The translations under genes were made by a program, and so were the position numbers. This document shows positions 12,271 to 36,281 of a stretch of 64,000 bases of DNA, one piece after another (the first letter of the stretch is position 1; each line of letters starts with the position of its first letter). Source of the DNA: Tubulanus polymorphus (taxonomy: Eukaryota; Animalia; Nemertea); assembly GCF_964204645.1 (NCBI RefSeq), contig NC_134031.1:14619807-14683806 (forward strand), in the 5' to 3' direction. The notes under the pieces are model-generated. The model worked only from the letters and a program-made list of their open reading frames with translations, did not search any database and was not told the origin of the DNA.

Positions 12271-12573
12271 CCTGGAACTCACTCAGTAACCCGCTCCTAC
12301 TTAGTTACAGCTTCTGGAACTCAGTACTCGCGCCTGGAACTCAGTACCCGCTCCTACTTTTAGTTCCAGCATCTGGAACTCAGTAACCCGCTCCTACTTA
12401 GTTACAGCCCCTGGAACTCAGTACTCGCGCCTGGAATTAACTACCCGCTCCTGGAACTCAGTACCCGCTCCTGTAACTCAGTTACCCGCTCCTGGAACTC
12501 AGTAACCGCTACTACTTTTAGTTCCAGCTCCTGGAACTCAGTACCCGCTCCTGTAACTCAGAACCCGCTCCTG
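12271..12573. repeat. ~20-bp minisatellite abutting the GPCR start codon
   Basis: Repeated CTGGAACTCAGTACCCGCTC variants. Confidence 0.85.
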
Positions 12574-13859
12574 CAATCGCACACACGTGACAACATCAGT
12601 TACGTTTTACACACATTAAACACGAACAGGACCAGTCATCGTCTGCGCACTGCATTCTATTCATTCTCTCAGTTTAAACACCTACGACATCCGTTTATCC
12701 CATTCTCATTTTCACATAACACGAACAACGCAGAAACAATGTTTATTATTCAGGCTTCTTTAACGTTCGAACCGTAGACGCTCAAAGAAAAGCGCGGTTT
12801 AATCGAAAACTCGAATGTCGTTTGAACGATTTCGATCATTGAAAATCATAAACTTTCGAAAACAGTGTTGCTCACAACTCAATCGATGGACGATCATCAA
12901 TCCGTCTACACAACACGAGAACGACTCGCGGGTTAATTATAGTTATAGTTTATAAACCGCTGCTTGAAGATTATCATTGATCGAAAACGCGCAGTTAGTT
13001 GTAAAAATGATTCACGACGAGTAAAATACCGAGATCGCGTCTATGATTATCGATTCTAGAATCGATATGAAATAGCTCTTTTTCGCGCGAGGTAACTTAA
13101 CATTACTGGGCGCACAAACGAGTCCATATAGAAATATATATTCATATCCTCTCTCGGGTTTCTATTGCGATATGGCGGTTTTAAAACTGTCGCATGCTCA
13201 TCGTAGGAAAATAATGAAGTTATCCCACATTCGACGATATCTTAGGAAAAAGACAGATTTGAGATCTAAACTTCGTCGTTAGAGGAAGAAACAGTAATGA
13301 AGATAGTACTAAGATAAATCTCGAAAATGTCGGTTTGAATAAACTTTGAAATATTATCAATGATGGAATAACTTCGATATTTTGTGGTCATTCCAGTTTA
13401 GGTGCTTGTCAATCGTTAAGCCTAAAGATTTAAAACTACTCGCGATTTCAATGTCTTTGTCAATAAAACTCAAGTTCAGTTCATTAATGTTTATTTTGGA
13501 ACCTTTTGGTTTGGTACTAACTGTTACATGAATGTTACTGTGGAGATTGGATTCAGCTAAATCTCGACATTGTCAGATAAATTAACTTTGAAATATCACC
13601 GAAATTGTGGGATAGTTCATTATCTTGTTAAATATCTTCTTTAAAATACGTTTCCAATTTGTTCTTGGTTTCTCTGATTACAGAAAAATATGCAATATCT
13701 TGACAAACCGTGCAGAATCCATCTTCATTTGCTACCAATATATAAAGACCCTTCGACTGCCACAGTTGCTTAAAAGACTAATCCTCCAAATACCGCATTT
13801 ATCACTGTGATATGATTTTATTTACAAATATCGAAAACACACGTAATAATACTGATACT

Positions 13860-14444
13860 TATGGTGGCTGATAAGGGCCATAGCGTAAAATTCCTGGTAT
13901 GTAAATGAGGGCGCCAGAACGCCAGATCGCCAAAACGAAAAAAACGTCCAATTTTCTCTGAAAGTTCGTTTTGGCGCGCCCAAACAAAGAAAATTCATTT
14001 TGGCGCCCCCGCCAAAACAACGAAAAACGTCGAAATTTCTCTAAAAGTTCGTTTTGGCGCGGTTATTTCCGTTTTGGCGCCCCCGCCAAAACAAGCATTC
14101 AACCACAGTAAAATTATTTTTCAATTTGGAATTTTTCATACGGAATATTCTCCGTTTCGCGCCAAAACGAAGTTTTAGAGAAATTTCGACGTTTTTCGTT
14201 GTTTTGGTGGGGGCGCCAAAACGGAATTTTCTTTGTTTTGGCGCGCCAAAACGAACTTTCAGAGAAATTTCGACGTTTTTCGTTGTTTTGGCGGGGGCGC
14301 CAAAACAGAATTTTCTTTGTTTTGGCGCACCAAAACGAACTTACAGAGAAAATTGGACGTTTTTTTTTCGTTTTGGCGTTCTGGCGTTCTGGCCCTCATT
14401 TACATACCAGGAATTTTACGCTATGGCCCTTATCAGCCACCATA
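13860..14444. mobile_element. Foldback/MITE with long terminal inverted repeats
   Basis: TATGGTGGCTGATAAGGGCCATAGCGTAAAATTCCTGGTATGTAAATGAGGG at the left end is mirrored at the right end; arms >200 bp with internal GGCGCGCCAAAACGAA repeats; TA at both ends. Confidence 0.9.
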
Positions 14445-14482
14445 GATACTGGAATATAACAGATATGATACATTGTCGATAG

Positions 14483-25428
<10,946 letters not shown>

Positions 25429-26390
25429 TGTGAGAATGAGAGTGTCGGGGATTTTCCTGTGACACCTGAACACTGAGCACAGTTACGCGACACCTGCACA
25501 CCGTGACACCCGTGACGCTATGAGCGCATTACCTGAATCATACAGCAGCCACCGAGTGAAAACCGAGAACCGCGGAACTAGGGATGCAGTTCCGTTTGTC
25601 CCTATATCGATTTCATGTCCACCTGTAGCCGGGATATTTTACAGAATGCGTTTAAATATTATATTCATATCGAGTCGCGGCGACTGGTGACGTGGATTAT
25701 TGATAAACGTGCACCGTTTAACAACGATAGATGAAAAACTTACTGCGTGAAATAGAATATTCTAATATAGTCTGAAAATATTTACAATTCTGACAGCTTG
25801 GATGTTTGTGGACCTGTCATTGGATGTGAGGGGGCGGGGGTCGGTTTAAATTGGGGACAGTATTAGAAAAACATAATGATTGATCGGATGAATTTTTACC
25901 GATCTAAAAAGATGGCATTAGCTTTCGCCACGCGAATAAGTCTAATAAAATTGATCCGGGTAATTTTCCGATCGGCAGTTATAAAACAACATGGGTCGAT
26001 TCTCGGATTGTTTGTTTAATATTTCAACCAGTTTTTGAATACCCGGTACGCGGGTCAGTATGCCGAAAGAGTGTTTACATCTTACCACGGTAAATCTCAA
26101 TTATAACCACATCGTTTGAAAAGTACTCTCAAAGGGTCTCTTGCAAAGATATCGTTAAAAGATTGATTTCAGATGTAGTTTTAGTAGGTTATTACGAAGA
26201 AGGCGTTTCAAAATAAAACTCATTAAAAAATCATTTAGTTTTAAATGTTTAATGTGTGCATTCCGGTGAAATGAGATGTAAATGATATTCGAATGCTTCT
26301 ATTTGAACAGCGGGTATTTTCAGTTTGTTTTCGGGCTCGTTCTATAGACCTGACGTGAATAGTAAACTAAAAGATGATTGTTTTAAAAGG

Positions 26391-26397
26391 TATAAAA
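26391..26397 (+). promoter_or_regulatory. TATA box of carbonic anhydrase 1
   Basis: TATAAAA 56 bp upstream of the ATG; CRE-like TGACGTGA at 26351. Confidence 0.55.
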
Positions 26398-26446
26398 ACT
26401 TGTTGTCATCCTTGCACGGGCTGACAGTAAACTGGTGTTATCAGAC

Positions 26447-29400
26447 ATGTTCTCGTCTCTGTGTTTGGTGATTTTTTGCGTCTCCGGGGTCCTCAGTAAG
26501 TCAAATATTATGAATTTTATCTCATCCGAATTGAAAAAAAAGACTTATTTAATATACAAATACTACAATATAGTCGAACTCGTGGTTTAGTTATGGTTGT
26601 TATGGTGATCATTGTGTCGCAACTGTGTATCCAAATGACGACTTACACTTGGTAAATTGAATTGGAAATACAGAGATTCCCACATACTGATATAAGGAGA
26701 AAGATGAAATCCGGAACGTTTCATTAAAGCTAATCTATTAATCTATTGATTCGCCGTTTCGACTCTAGTAGTCATCTTCAGAAATGCGTCGAACCAATAG
26801 ATTATTAGCTTAAAGAAAAATTTTCGGATTCCATCTCTCTTGTTACGTCAATGTGGGATTCTCTCTCTATATAAAGTCACAACACAGGGACTCATAGTTA
26901 TTCATCAATGATTATTAATTGGATATCAGGACTCTTTAGTTAAGAAAGGGTCGACTTAAGTAATGTGATTTCTAAGCAATCTGAATTAACATTGATAAAA
27001 TGCGTATATCGTTCATATATTGCTTGCCTTTTACAGAAGGAATATGTTTTTAATCTGTGAAATTTTCAGAATTCTCACAAATTTGTTGATGAATATTTTC
27101 GATACGAATAAAATGGGTTCATATTAAGTAAGATTTTTGTGATTTGATTCCAGGGAAAGACAATTGATAATTCTCATAATTCATATCTTTTCAGGCGCCG
27201 GGCTTCATTTCAAATATGACCGAAGTAAGTAATAGCGATCTTAGCAGTATTCCGTATAACTACTGACATTCGTTACATATCTGGCGCTGCAGCTCACACA
27301 GTTTTGAATTAAACAATTTTAAACGAACTGATTTTTAGCTCGCAGATAACCCAGGAACTTTGGAACTGGCTGCTGACTTATTTCTATTTCGATATCCACT
27401 TTTTCTATTCATAACATCTAGGGTCCAGTCCATGTGTATGGTCATGTGTTAGATACGTATAAGAACAATCTTAGTTCTAGCTAATCTAAAAATTTAGACT
27501 TGTTCATGAAACTGAACCCAGTTGCTGCGCAGTCGCGGAAGTGATCTCAAACCTCGAACTTTGGGACTGGGCTTATATTGTTTGAGCTTATAGTTTAAAT
27601 TAATTTTTGCTCGATTGAAAACAAAAACTTGAGTTATTACTATCATTATTTACAATATTTGGTGCCTATTGAATTAACTATTCCTCTAAGGCACTTTAAT
27701 AAAACATTGATACATACTAGAAGTGTGGCTAACCATTAGCTTGAATAAACTGGTTAGTTTGGAGAGATGAACCTTTTTTTGTAAAACCGGACCCTGGACG
27801 CTGAAATCATTAAATAATTCCAATTTCTAATTCTATTTCTGGTTGTTTTATTTCTTGTCGTAAAGAGCCCTGGTTGATGGGAGCGTGTAAGTCTACGGTG
27901 CGCCAGTCGCCTATAGTCCTGAGCGCTCAGGAGGAACAGTGTGACGCTAGGCTGGAGGAAAATGTGAACCTCGTTGGAGTGAAAGAAGAGTTGTTCGTGT
28001 CAATGATGAACACCGGACACTCGCGTGAGTCGCCGCGATAATCAAAATGATAGTTTTACCGAAGTCATTAAGTTATTAGTAACTATACATGATTTTACTG
28101 AATCGCTGAAGTTATTGAGTAACTGATCATAATTCTACTTAAGTCATTAGTAATCAACCATAATTTTACTGAATCGTTGAAGTCATCGGGAATGACAAAG
28201 TCATCATTAGAACGTAACTAATTATAATAATACTGAATCGTTGAAGTTATTGAGGAGAATAGAAGGCCGTCATTATATTAATCATAATTTTCCTGAATCG
28301 TTGAAGTCATTGAGAACGACTAAGTCATAATTTAGTAACTTAACAAAATGTTATTGAATCGTTGAAGTCATTGAGAATGACAAAGTCGTCATTTGTAACT
28401 AATTACAATTTCGCTGAAATTGTGACCAGTTTCGAACGATTTATAGAATTAAGTCTGTGAATGAAAGTTTCTCGATTCCTGTGAAAAGTTAAGTATATAT
28501 TATTTTGTTTTATAGTCCAAGCCGTGCCGACTGTAGGGGACGAAATGCGAGTTGTTGAAATATTTGTGGGCGAGAAAAAATACGTTTTGAAACAATTCCA
28601 TTTCCATTGGAGCGGAGAGGACCAACACCAAGGATCTGAGCATAAACTGGATGGGAATTTTGGAGATGCTGAGGTAAGTATAACCAGTCCCGTCCCCCTT
28701 CTCTCTCTAATAATCAGGGGCCGGTATTACAGACCGGTATAACCTTTAACCCGTGGGCTACCTTAATTCATTTTCAATTAAGTTAGCCCCCGGGTTAAAG
28801 GTAATGCCGGTCTATAAAATTTTCACAATCTTGAGCAAAGATATTGTGGTTCCTTCACTAATATATTTCAAGGCTCCAAATTTCAAATTTGAATTTTTCT
28901 AACCCGTCTAAAAGCATTCACAGAAATCAGAGTTTAAAACTTCTGGGCAGTTTTAGACACTGGTATTACTTTTGACCCGGGGCTAACTCCCTGAAAAGGA
29001 GTTAGCCCCAGGGTTAAAATTGGTAACATCTATAAAGCCGGGCCCTGTATATCTTATCTCTTAGACTTGCGCATTCTATAATCATTATTCTAGATGCATT
29101 TTGTATTTGACCAAGACAAGCCGACCGAAGGGGTCAGAGATACACTGGCAGTTCTGGGAGTTATTATCAAAGCGGACAGTGAAACGGTAAGTCCTATTAG
29201 GACTAGTTGATCTGTAACTGATAAATTGTTTCCTTGTGGCGAATCAGTTGCAACCACAATATTCAGTAATTGTTGAAATCTTATCCTGGCAAAAAAAACG
29301 ATTTTCAAATCTATCAAAACTCTGGAACCAGTCGTTACTTAGAGTCCATAGGTCTTAATTCCTAATCCATATTCCATTGGCTTTAGAAATACGAGGACTA

Positions 29401-31589
29401 AGCTTACACTAGTCTTATATCTTAGCTTTGGACCGGGCAGTTTCATCTGCGTAGTAATGGCAGTTTGGTTAACATTGTCTCTCTCTCCTCTTAGCCGACA
29501 ATCTGACGAAGAGATCTCTATTCAGGGTCAAGATCGGTCCTGGGAAGTCCCCGAATTATCATTGATCGTTCGCTTCATTATTTCAACATAAAGGTGCAAG
29601 AAATTCGATAAAACGAATTCGAAAATCATTGAATTCATTTAGTTGAACAATAAAATTAGTTCATGAATTATTATTTATGGGCGCGCACGCGGCATTAAAT
29701 TATCTTGAAATCCCTGCGAACCCTGGGTCCTGTTACGCAATATTAAGACTGGTTGATAGATTGGCTGAAGAACTAAGGTTGGTTTTAAACTGGTCTTGAA
29801 TTCATATGCAACACCGGGCCCTTTTGAATCCTAAGACTGGTTTTAAGCTGATAGATTGGCCGAAGAACTAAGATTGTTTTTAGACTGGTCTTGAATTCAT
29901 ATGCAAATATATAATATTTGATGAAGTAATTTCGATAAATATTCAATTCTTTGATGTTGTTCATTAAAGGATCATGAAGATTTTGGACGACTTTTTGATG
30001 TCGGATTAGCAGATCTTAACGTTACTAGCGGTAGGGCACATTTCAATACTACATGTATATCTAAAAAAAAACCCAAAATTTAATCTTGTTCAATCTAATT
30101 ACTTCATTATTACCACAATACTATCTTGTCGAATAATAGTATTTACTATGATCAAATTCAAGGAATTATTCATGTTTTAAAAATTTGATCTATATTACAA
30201 ATAAGGAATGAATAATTATTTCAAGGACAAGGTAAAATAGTACATGTTCTATCTAGGAAATAAACTGTATGGATGTATTTGAATTACATCAATTCGTATG
30301 TAACTCTTTAATGGCAGAATAAATAAAACTGGAATAGTTGAATAACAAATATCTGTTCCACGCGTGTGAAGTACAATCTGGTCGAATTGATGACGTCAGG
30401 ATTTTCACACGAAGTGGGTCCCTTCCGGTACCAGTTGCAATTCAAACGCATTCATTTGTCTCGTGCTAAAATTTGGCTCGGGTCTGGTCCGACGTTTTTG
30501 ATCGGGCCAAATGTGGCCCGGGCCAAACTGGCTCAAACTTGAACCCAGCATAAAACGGGTTGTAGATGAACCACTAGAGCCAAGATTAAAGCCGTTATAA
30601 AAAAACCCATCTTTGTAGTCATAATAGCCAGGTCCAAATTTGACAAAAACACGTCATTCAATTTCTTCATCGCTCCACAGTCTTGGTATCTTAAATCGAC
30701 TGAAACAATATGTTTTTGAAACTAAACCTTGAGAATTTGAAACACGAAGCAACTAACAATGATTAAGCAAATAATCTTAGTTCAATTTTTTCGTAAAACT
30801 GAATGATATTTCACCGATGTCTGTTCTGTTTAGGTAAGGTAAATGTAACGGATGGGATAACAGTTGAAGATCTATTGGATGGTGTTGATCTGGCCCGGTA
30901 TTACAGATACGAGGGTAGTTTAACGACTCCACCCTGTTCTGAGATGGTCGCTTGGACCGTATTGAGAGATACAGTGTCTATATCTAGAGCACAGGTATGG
31001 AGCAATATACAATAATAACAAAATCTATTCTATGGTCTATATGTTATTGTCTGTAACACTGGTTTTTGGGGGACATTTCGCTGAAATCTAGGAGGGACAT
31101 ATATACCTCAAATAAGTCAGAATAAGACCAGTGAAATTGCGCAGTCTGAATGCACCATCATCCACTTCACACCAGGATTGCCAGGATGAAGTAATTTTCC
31201 TCTTATTAAGCTTATAATAGTAAAAGAAGACTTTTTGGTAGCCCTTCAATACGCGGTATAAAAAAAGAGTGAAAAACGATGGTTTATTCAGACTGCACGG
31301 TTTCACTGGTCGCGTTGAGACCAATTTGAGGTATGTACTGAAATGTTGAGTGAAATATCCCCCAAAGCAGGGTTACAGAAATAAGATATATGGCTTAAGT
31401 GACAAAATCGCTGATGCAAATCAATTATATTTTTTAATCTGTTTTTTTCTTTTGTAAATTCAGTTGGAGCAATTGAGGTCGTTACCACTGATCGGAACCG
31501 TTGGAAACCATCGTAAACCGACCGAACCGACACCCGACCACAATCTGAAAGTCTCATGCGGCGGTGAAGAAGACGATCGAAAAAAATGA
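26447..31589 (+). CDS. Secreted alpha-carbonic anhydrase, copy 1 (~278 aa)
   Basis: Exons 26447-26495 (signal peptide), 27195-27224, 27866-28024, 28516-28673, 29094-29186, 29970-30030, 30834-30994, 31464-31589; 837 nt in frame. Motifs QSPI, NTGHS (His64), [27 protein letters not shown]. Confidence 0.92.
26673..26865. mobile_element. Palindromic Penelope-pLTR-derived element with a degenerate hammerhead
   Basis: Inverted arms GAGATTCCCACAT...AAGCTAATCTATT and AATAGATTATTAGCTT...ATGTGGGATTCTC. The minus strand reads CTGAAGA-T-GACT-actag-AGTC-GAAACGGC at 26781-26752. Confidence 0.6.
28060..28420. repeat. Degenerate ~60-bp tandem repeat
   Basis: Recurrent TGAATCGTTGAAGTCATTGAG. Confidence 0.7.
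31050..31379. mobile_element. MITE with ~100-bp imperfect TIRs (one arm recurs at ~53925-54047)
   Basis: TCTGTAAC...GACCAGTGAAA..CAGTCTGAAT is mirrored by ATTCAGACTG..TTTCACTGGTC...GTTACAGA. Confidence 0.65.
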
Positions 31590-34031
31590 ATCAATCAAAA
31601 AATACGTTTTCTGTAAAAATGAAAAAAAAAATAATTTATCATTGGAGAAATAATTTTGGAAGGTTTTACTGGAAATATAACAAATTGAATGTGGCAGCAA
31701 TATGAATCTGTTGTTTTTGAGATGATTTATTTCGATCTTGTGAATTCTTTTGAGCAAGTTTTGATAACAAGGATCAACTGTTTTGTATTTGTTTGAACCA
31801 GAAATATTTGAGTTTTTATAATGACGAGCATTTTGATTGTATACTCGTCGTCAAATTTCCCCATGTCCCACTTCCACAGTTCCAGGTTAAACTATAGTTT
31901 AAAGTTACACTTAGAACATTAAGAATTCAAACATTTTCAAATGGAACCGTGGAACTGGGATTCGAACTGTGGAACTGGGATTAGGACAGTGGAACTGGGA
32001 TCAGAACTGGTGAACTGGGATCAGCAGAATTTTATCAACTATATATGATGGATGATTAAGAAAATTCCATAAAGTATCGTATATATGCACCGAGCGAAGA
32101 ATACCCGTCTCGAGGTATATTTGTCACCTGCTGACTGCTTAGTTCCCAGCCGAATCACCAGGTAGCAGCATTCGTGTTATAGATTGGTAATTTGCATATG
32201 TAAAATCATAGAAACTAATAAGTGAAATTGAGTTTCGAAGGAGGTGGTTGCATGGGCAAGAAAGTCCCGAAAACAGTCGACAATTCATTCCAAACGAGTA
32301 ACACATTTCTAAGAGTAATTATCGAGTTTGTGTGGTCTATCATCATGTGATCGGATTACAGAGACACCTGGTGGCCTAGCGAGGTATCTATGAATCGCAG
32401 ATGTTTTCGCAAACTGAAGAAAATTATGTATTATCTTTGTAATGTTTCTTATCAACACATTCCACGACAAACATTCTTTGAAATATGCAAAATATGCAAA
32501 TAGAGAGAGAGACAGAGTTCAGAATAATTTCCCCATTCATCAAATAATTCCATATTTTATTCATAAATTGATTTTCATACGAAAATAAACTCAGACAAAA
32601 TCAATCAAATTCCGGGTCAACCTACAACGACACACTTAATTAACACGTTCTGATCGATATCTTAATTTATGCTAATTCTATGCTAATTTATGCTAGATAT
32701 ATATTTCAAAATAAGATAGATACATGATATATATATATATAATGGTGCGATATTACACGGATCTAACAGATTCTAACGAGAACTTGTTTTGAGGAAACTC
32801 AGTTATGGCTTCGTTTCTGTGTTTGACTTTACTATGCTTGACTGCCGCTATTAGTGAGTAATATCAATAATACCAATAAACAAATTCTATTGTCATTTCT
32901 ATCAATCTTATTTTCTATTGATAATTAACATACTTTTCAATCTCTATAATAAATATCATTATTATGATCGTATCAAATTCTTTCATATGCACCCATTTTA
33001 TTCCATTTTCATTCATTTTTATTTTAGACGCTCAATGGTACAAACATGACCCAAGTAAGTGCGAATTCGAATACAACCTTGAATTAGAATAACTTATTTA
33101 AGAAAGACTGATTTTCTATTACAATAACGATGATTAGGTGAAATTAACTGCTCGCCTGTCACAATATGAATATCTACAGGATTAGGATTAGGATTTTATT
33201 TACACTCCAACCATTTCGATGGTACGTGGAGGGAGACTTATACAAAGTATACAATGTTTACAATTAACAGATAATATAAACTTGTCTTGATAAAATATCA
33301 CAAAGTTATTAGAAATATACACATACACTATTTACAACATGCTAATTATTGGAGGGATCTTTATACATCTAAGCCTATTGTAATGAATTTTGCAAACTAA
33401 CCGTTAAGTGCTGCCCCCTATATATAACAATCCCAGCGAATTGCTCGCATGCCACTGTAGGAATATCTCGCTGGAAGGTAAGTGCATACAATGTGTGTCG
33501 ATGTTAGGGGACAGCACCTGACTGTTCATCCCCAGCCGCTGACCAGTTGGACGAACACAACTTTTGCGGCAAGGATAATCCCAGCCACCCGTACGCATAC
33601 CAGTCCTGTGACTTAACAGATTTCAAATAATTCAAAATAATGAAAAAGGGTCATAGAATATTGTGGATTATTGCGATAGGTTGATGATCATATCGGATAT
33701 ATACTATATATTTCAACATCCTACGTTCAACATCCTACGTTGCCCGAGTATAGCTGTGACGCGTTGAGTCGTCTGTCTATCCGATCTGTTAATTTCTATC
33801 TCTGCCGAGAACGTTACATGTTTCTCGTGCCATTGGATTGAAGCACCGGAGCACCGGTTGATGCACAGAGCGGAATTCGTGACATTTTATTCTCGTACTA
33901 TCACTGACACTTCGCGGGTGTTATAGGCCGCCTGAGTCAAATCGACCGTGCCTACCTCGGCCCTGGACTCTACCATCTATAGATACCTGGATACTATTTC
34001 GATTATTGGGATATCTATATGTTCGCCAGAT

Positions 34032-35051
34032 ATGAATACATCATCAGCCGTCTCGACCACCACGACTATCAGTCCTCTGCGAAGTTGTAAGATAAGAGTC
34101 TCGACTCAATCTCGTATGTTCTACGAAACAATCGTAGGTTTCCCAATACAGTTTATCGGGTTCATTTTGAATGTTATTTGTTATTGTGTATTAAGGATAT
34201 TGCCGTTTAATTCCGGATACTATGTTCTACAAATGGTCGCCATTTCAGACGCTTTATTCCTATTGATATCGATGCCGACGCACAGCATCGGGCTGCTGTG
34301 GGCTTATCTACGTTTCGGGAAGTATTATAAGTATGAGGGTTGGAATCGATTCCTCCCGGAAATCGACCTCGTTCTTTACCCATCGATGAAAACTATGATG
34401 ATAATTAGGAATTGGTTGGTTGTAATGCTCAGTCTTGAGCGTTTGGTCGCCATTTATTTCCCGTTAAAATCTGGACTCTGGCTCACAAAGACATACCTAA
34501 AACGACTTACTATTGCGCTCTACGTCATCATTTTCTGTGGCAACTATCACCAATTTGTTGTCAGAAAATTCTATTCTAGGCCATCGTGTTACTATATCTA
34601 TTTACAGTGGCCCATAAATCATAGATATGCCCATAATTCAATGTTGGGTTTGGTTAAGAGGTTTTCAATGATTATATTCGCATTCATATTACCATTTTTC
34701 GTCCTGGTTGCCATAAATCTTATCATCCTGTTATTCCTGATAAGGTATTTGAAAGGACAACCAAGGACAAGTCAATCACAGACGGTGGATATTAAAGGAA
34801 AGTCCCGGTCTTTAGTGAAAGCAACTAAAACAATCGCTTTAGTTGTCGCGGCTTTCGTCTTATTTGAGACGCCATCTGCCGCCTTGACATTGCGTTACAG
34901 TGTTTACGCGTTTTACGGATTTAACGAAGCGTCGATATCTGGCGAACGTTTGTACGGACTATTGCTGAGTCAAATTGACTCGTTCGTCAATTTCTTCATC
35001 TATTTCATCGTCAACAAAAAATTCCGAACGGTTTTAACGAAGTGTAAATAG
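34032..35051 (+). CDS. Intronless rhodopsin-class GPCR, FMRFamide-receptor-like orphan (~339 aa)
   Basis: ORF 33948-35051; likely ATG at 34032 (MNTS sequon). Seven TM segments; VAISD, RNWLVV.LSLERL..I.FPLK, FETP, DSFVNFFIY..VNKKF. Same family as the GPCR at 11245. Confidence 0.9.
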   Translation: MNTSSAVSTTTTISPLRSCKIRVSTQSRMFYETIVGFPIQFIGFILNVICYCVLRILPFNSGYYVLQMVAISDALFLLISMPTHSIGLLWAYLRFGKYYKYEGWNRFLPEIDLVLYPSMKTMMIIRNWLVVMLSLERLVAIYFPLKSGLWLTKTYLKRLTIALYVIIFCGNYHQFVVRKFYSRPSCYYIYLQWPINHRYAHNSMLGLVKRFSMIIFAFILPFFVLVAINLIILLFLIRYLKGQPRTSQSQTVDIKGKSRSLVKATKTIALVVAAFVLFETPSAALTLRYSVYAFYGFNEASISGERLYGLLLSQIDSFVNFFIYFIVNKKFRTVLTKCK

Positions 35052-35649
35052 TCTGGTATCGTATTGGAATCATGATCCGCTGTATCTACAAACACCAGAA
35101 AAACTGATCGTCTACACTTCACAAGTTTTCAGTACGTCACCTGTCAGACATGTTTGATTGAAAATAAAGTACAAACACCAGACATGAATGAACTATATAA
35201 TGACTAGAGATTTAAAGACTAATGAATATTGAAGAGTTTTCTACTCTATATCCACGTAGCCAAGAAATTAAAGAGGGTTTGTAGATTAGATAGATGTTCT
35301 GAGCAAGTTTCCCCTCGTTTAGTTTTTCGAATGTAACCGCATCTGTGGTTCTGTCACTGGTGTTCATCCTATAATCAAAATACATCAGTGCACCATTTGC
35401 GATTATCAATAATTTTCTAACGCTTCGAGGAGAACATGGCAATTAGGACCCCTACCCCTAAATCTTATGATGCACAGCAAAGCCCGTCATTATTTTCCGT
35501 TCTGGTGACAGAGTCTATATTTCTGTCCTCAACTGTCGGAACACGATTGCGAACAGTAAAAAGTGACCTGCTAGTAGAAAAGATGGCGTGGCGTTTAAAC
35601 ACATCTACAAACCTGGGACCGGTTCCCTAGTCCGGACGTGTCCCTAAAT

Positions 35650-36115
35650 GGTCTTAGATTTTAAGACTGGTCTTAAGTTGTTAGATTGGTTATAAAAAAC
35701 AAAATGAGAATAGACTAGTTTAAAGTTGTGGTATTCGTTATGGAACCAAAATGAGCTTAGATTGGTCTCAAGTTGTAAGATTGGTTATAATACCAAAAAA
35801 TGAGTTTACACTATTGTAAGATTGGTTATAAAACTAAAATAAGCATATAGACTGGTATGAAGTTATTAGATTTGCTATTGATCATAATTGAGCATAGACG
35901 AGTTTTATGTGGTTAGATCGGTTATAGAACCAAAATGAACTAAGACTTAGATCTTAAGTTGTGAAATTGGTTATAAAACTAAAATAAGCTTAGACTGGTC
36001 TGAAGTTGATTAGATTCAGCTATAGACCTAAAATGAGCATAGACGAGTTTCATGTTGCTAGATTGGTTAAAGAACCAAAATGAGCTCAAGACTTGCCATA
36101 AGTTGTAAGATTGAT
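35650..36115. repeat. ~48-bp tandem array derived from the interior of the Harbinger-like MITE
   Basis: Repeated AGACTGGTCTTAAGTTGTTAGATTGGTTATAAAACYAAAATGAG. Confidence 0.75.
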
Positions 36116-36281
36116 GGAACCGGCTGGTGCCATATAGACGACTCTCCTTACAGTGTGATGAACTAAAGTGATCAGATAAATAAACCAGAACTTTAGCTAT
36201 TTTGAATGCAGTTAACCGCTGAGCTCTGTAAATAACACTTCGATCTATGAGGTCGCTAAATTCATTCACATTGGTCTCAAA

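Noticed and set aside
14054-14482. Three overlapping plus-strand ORFs
   Set aside because: They arise from the internal repeats of the foldback element; no transposase motifs.
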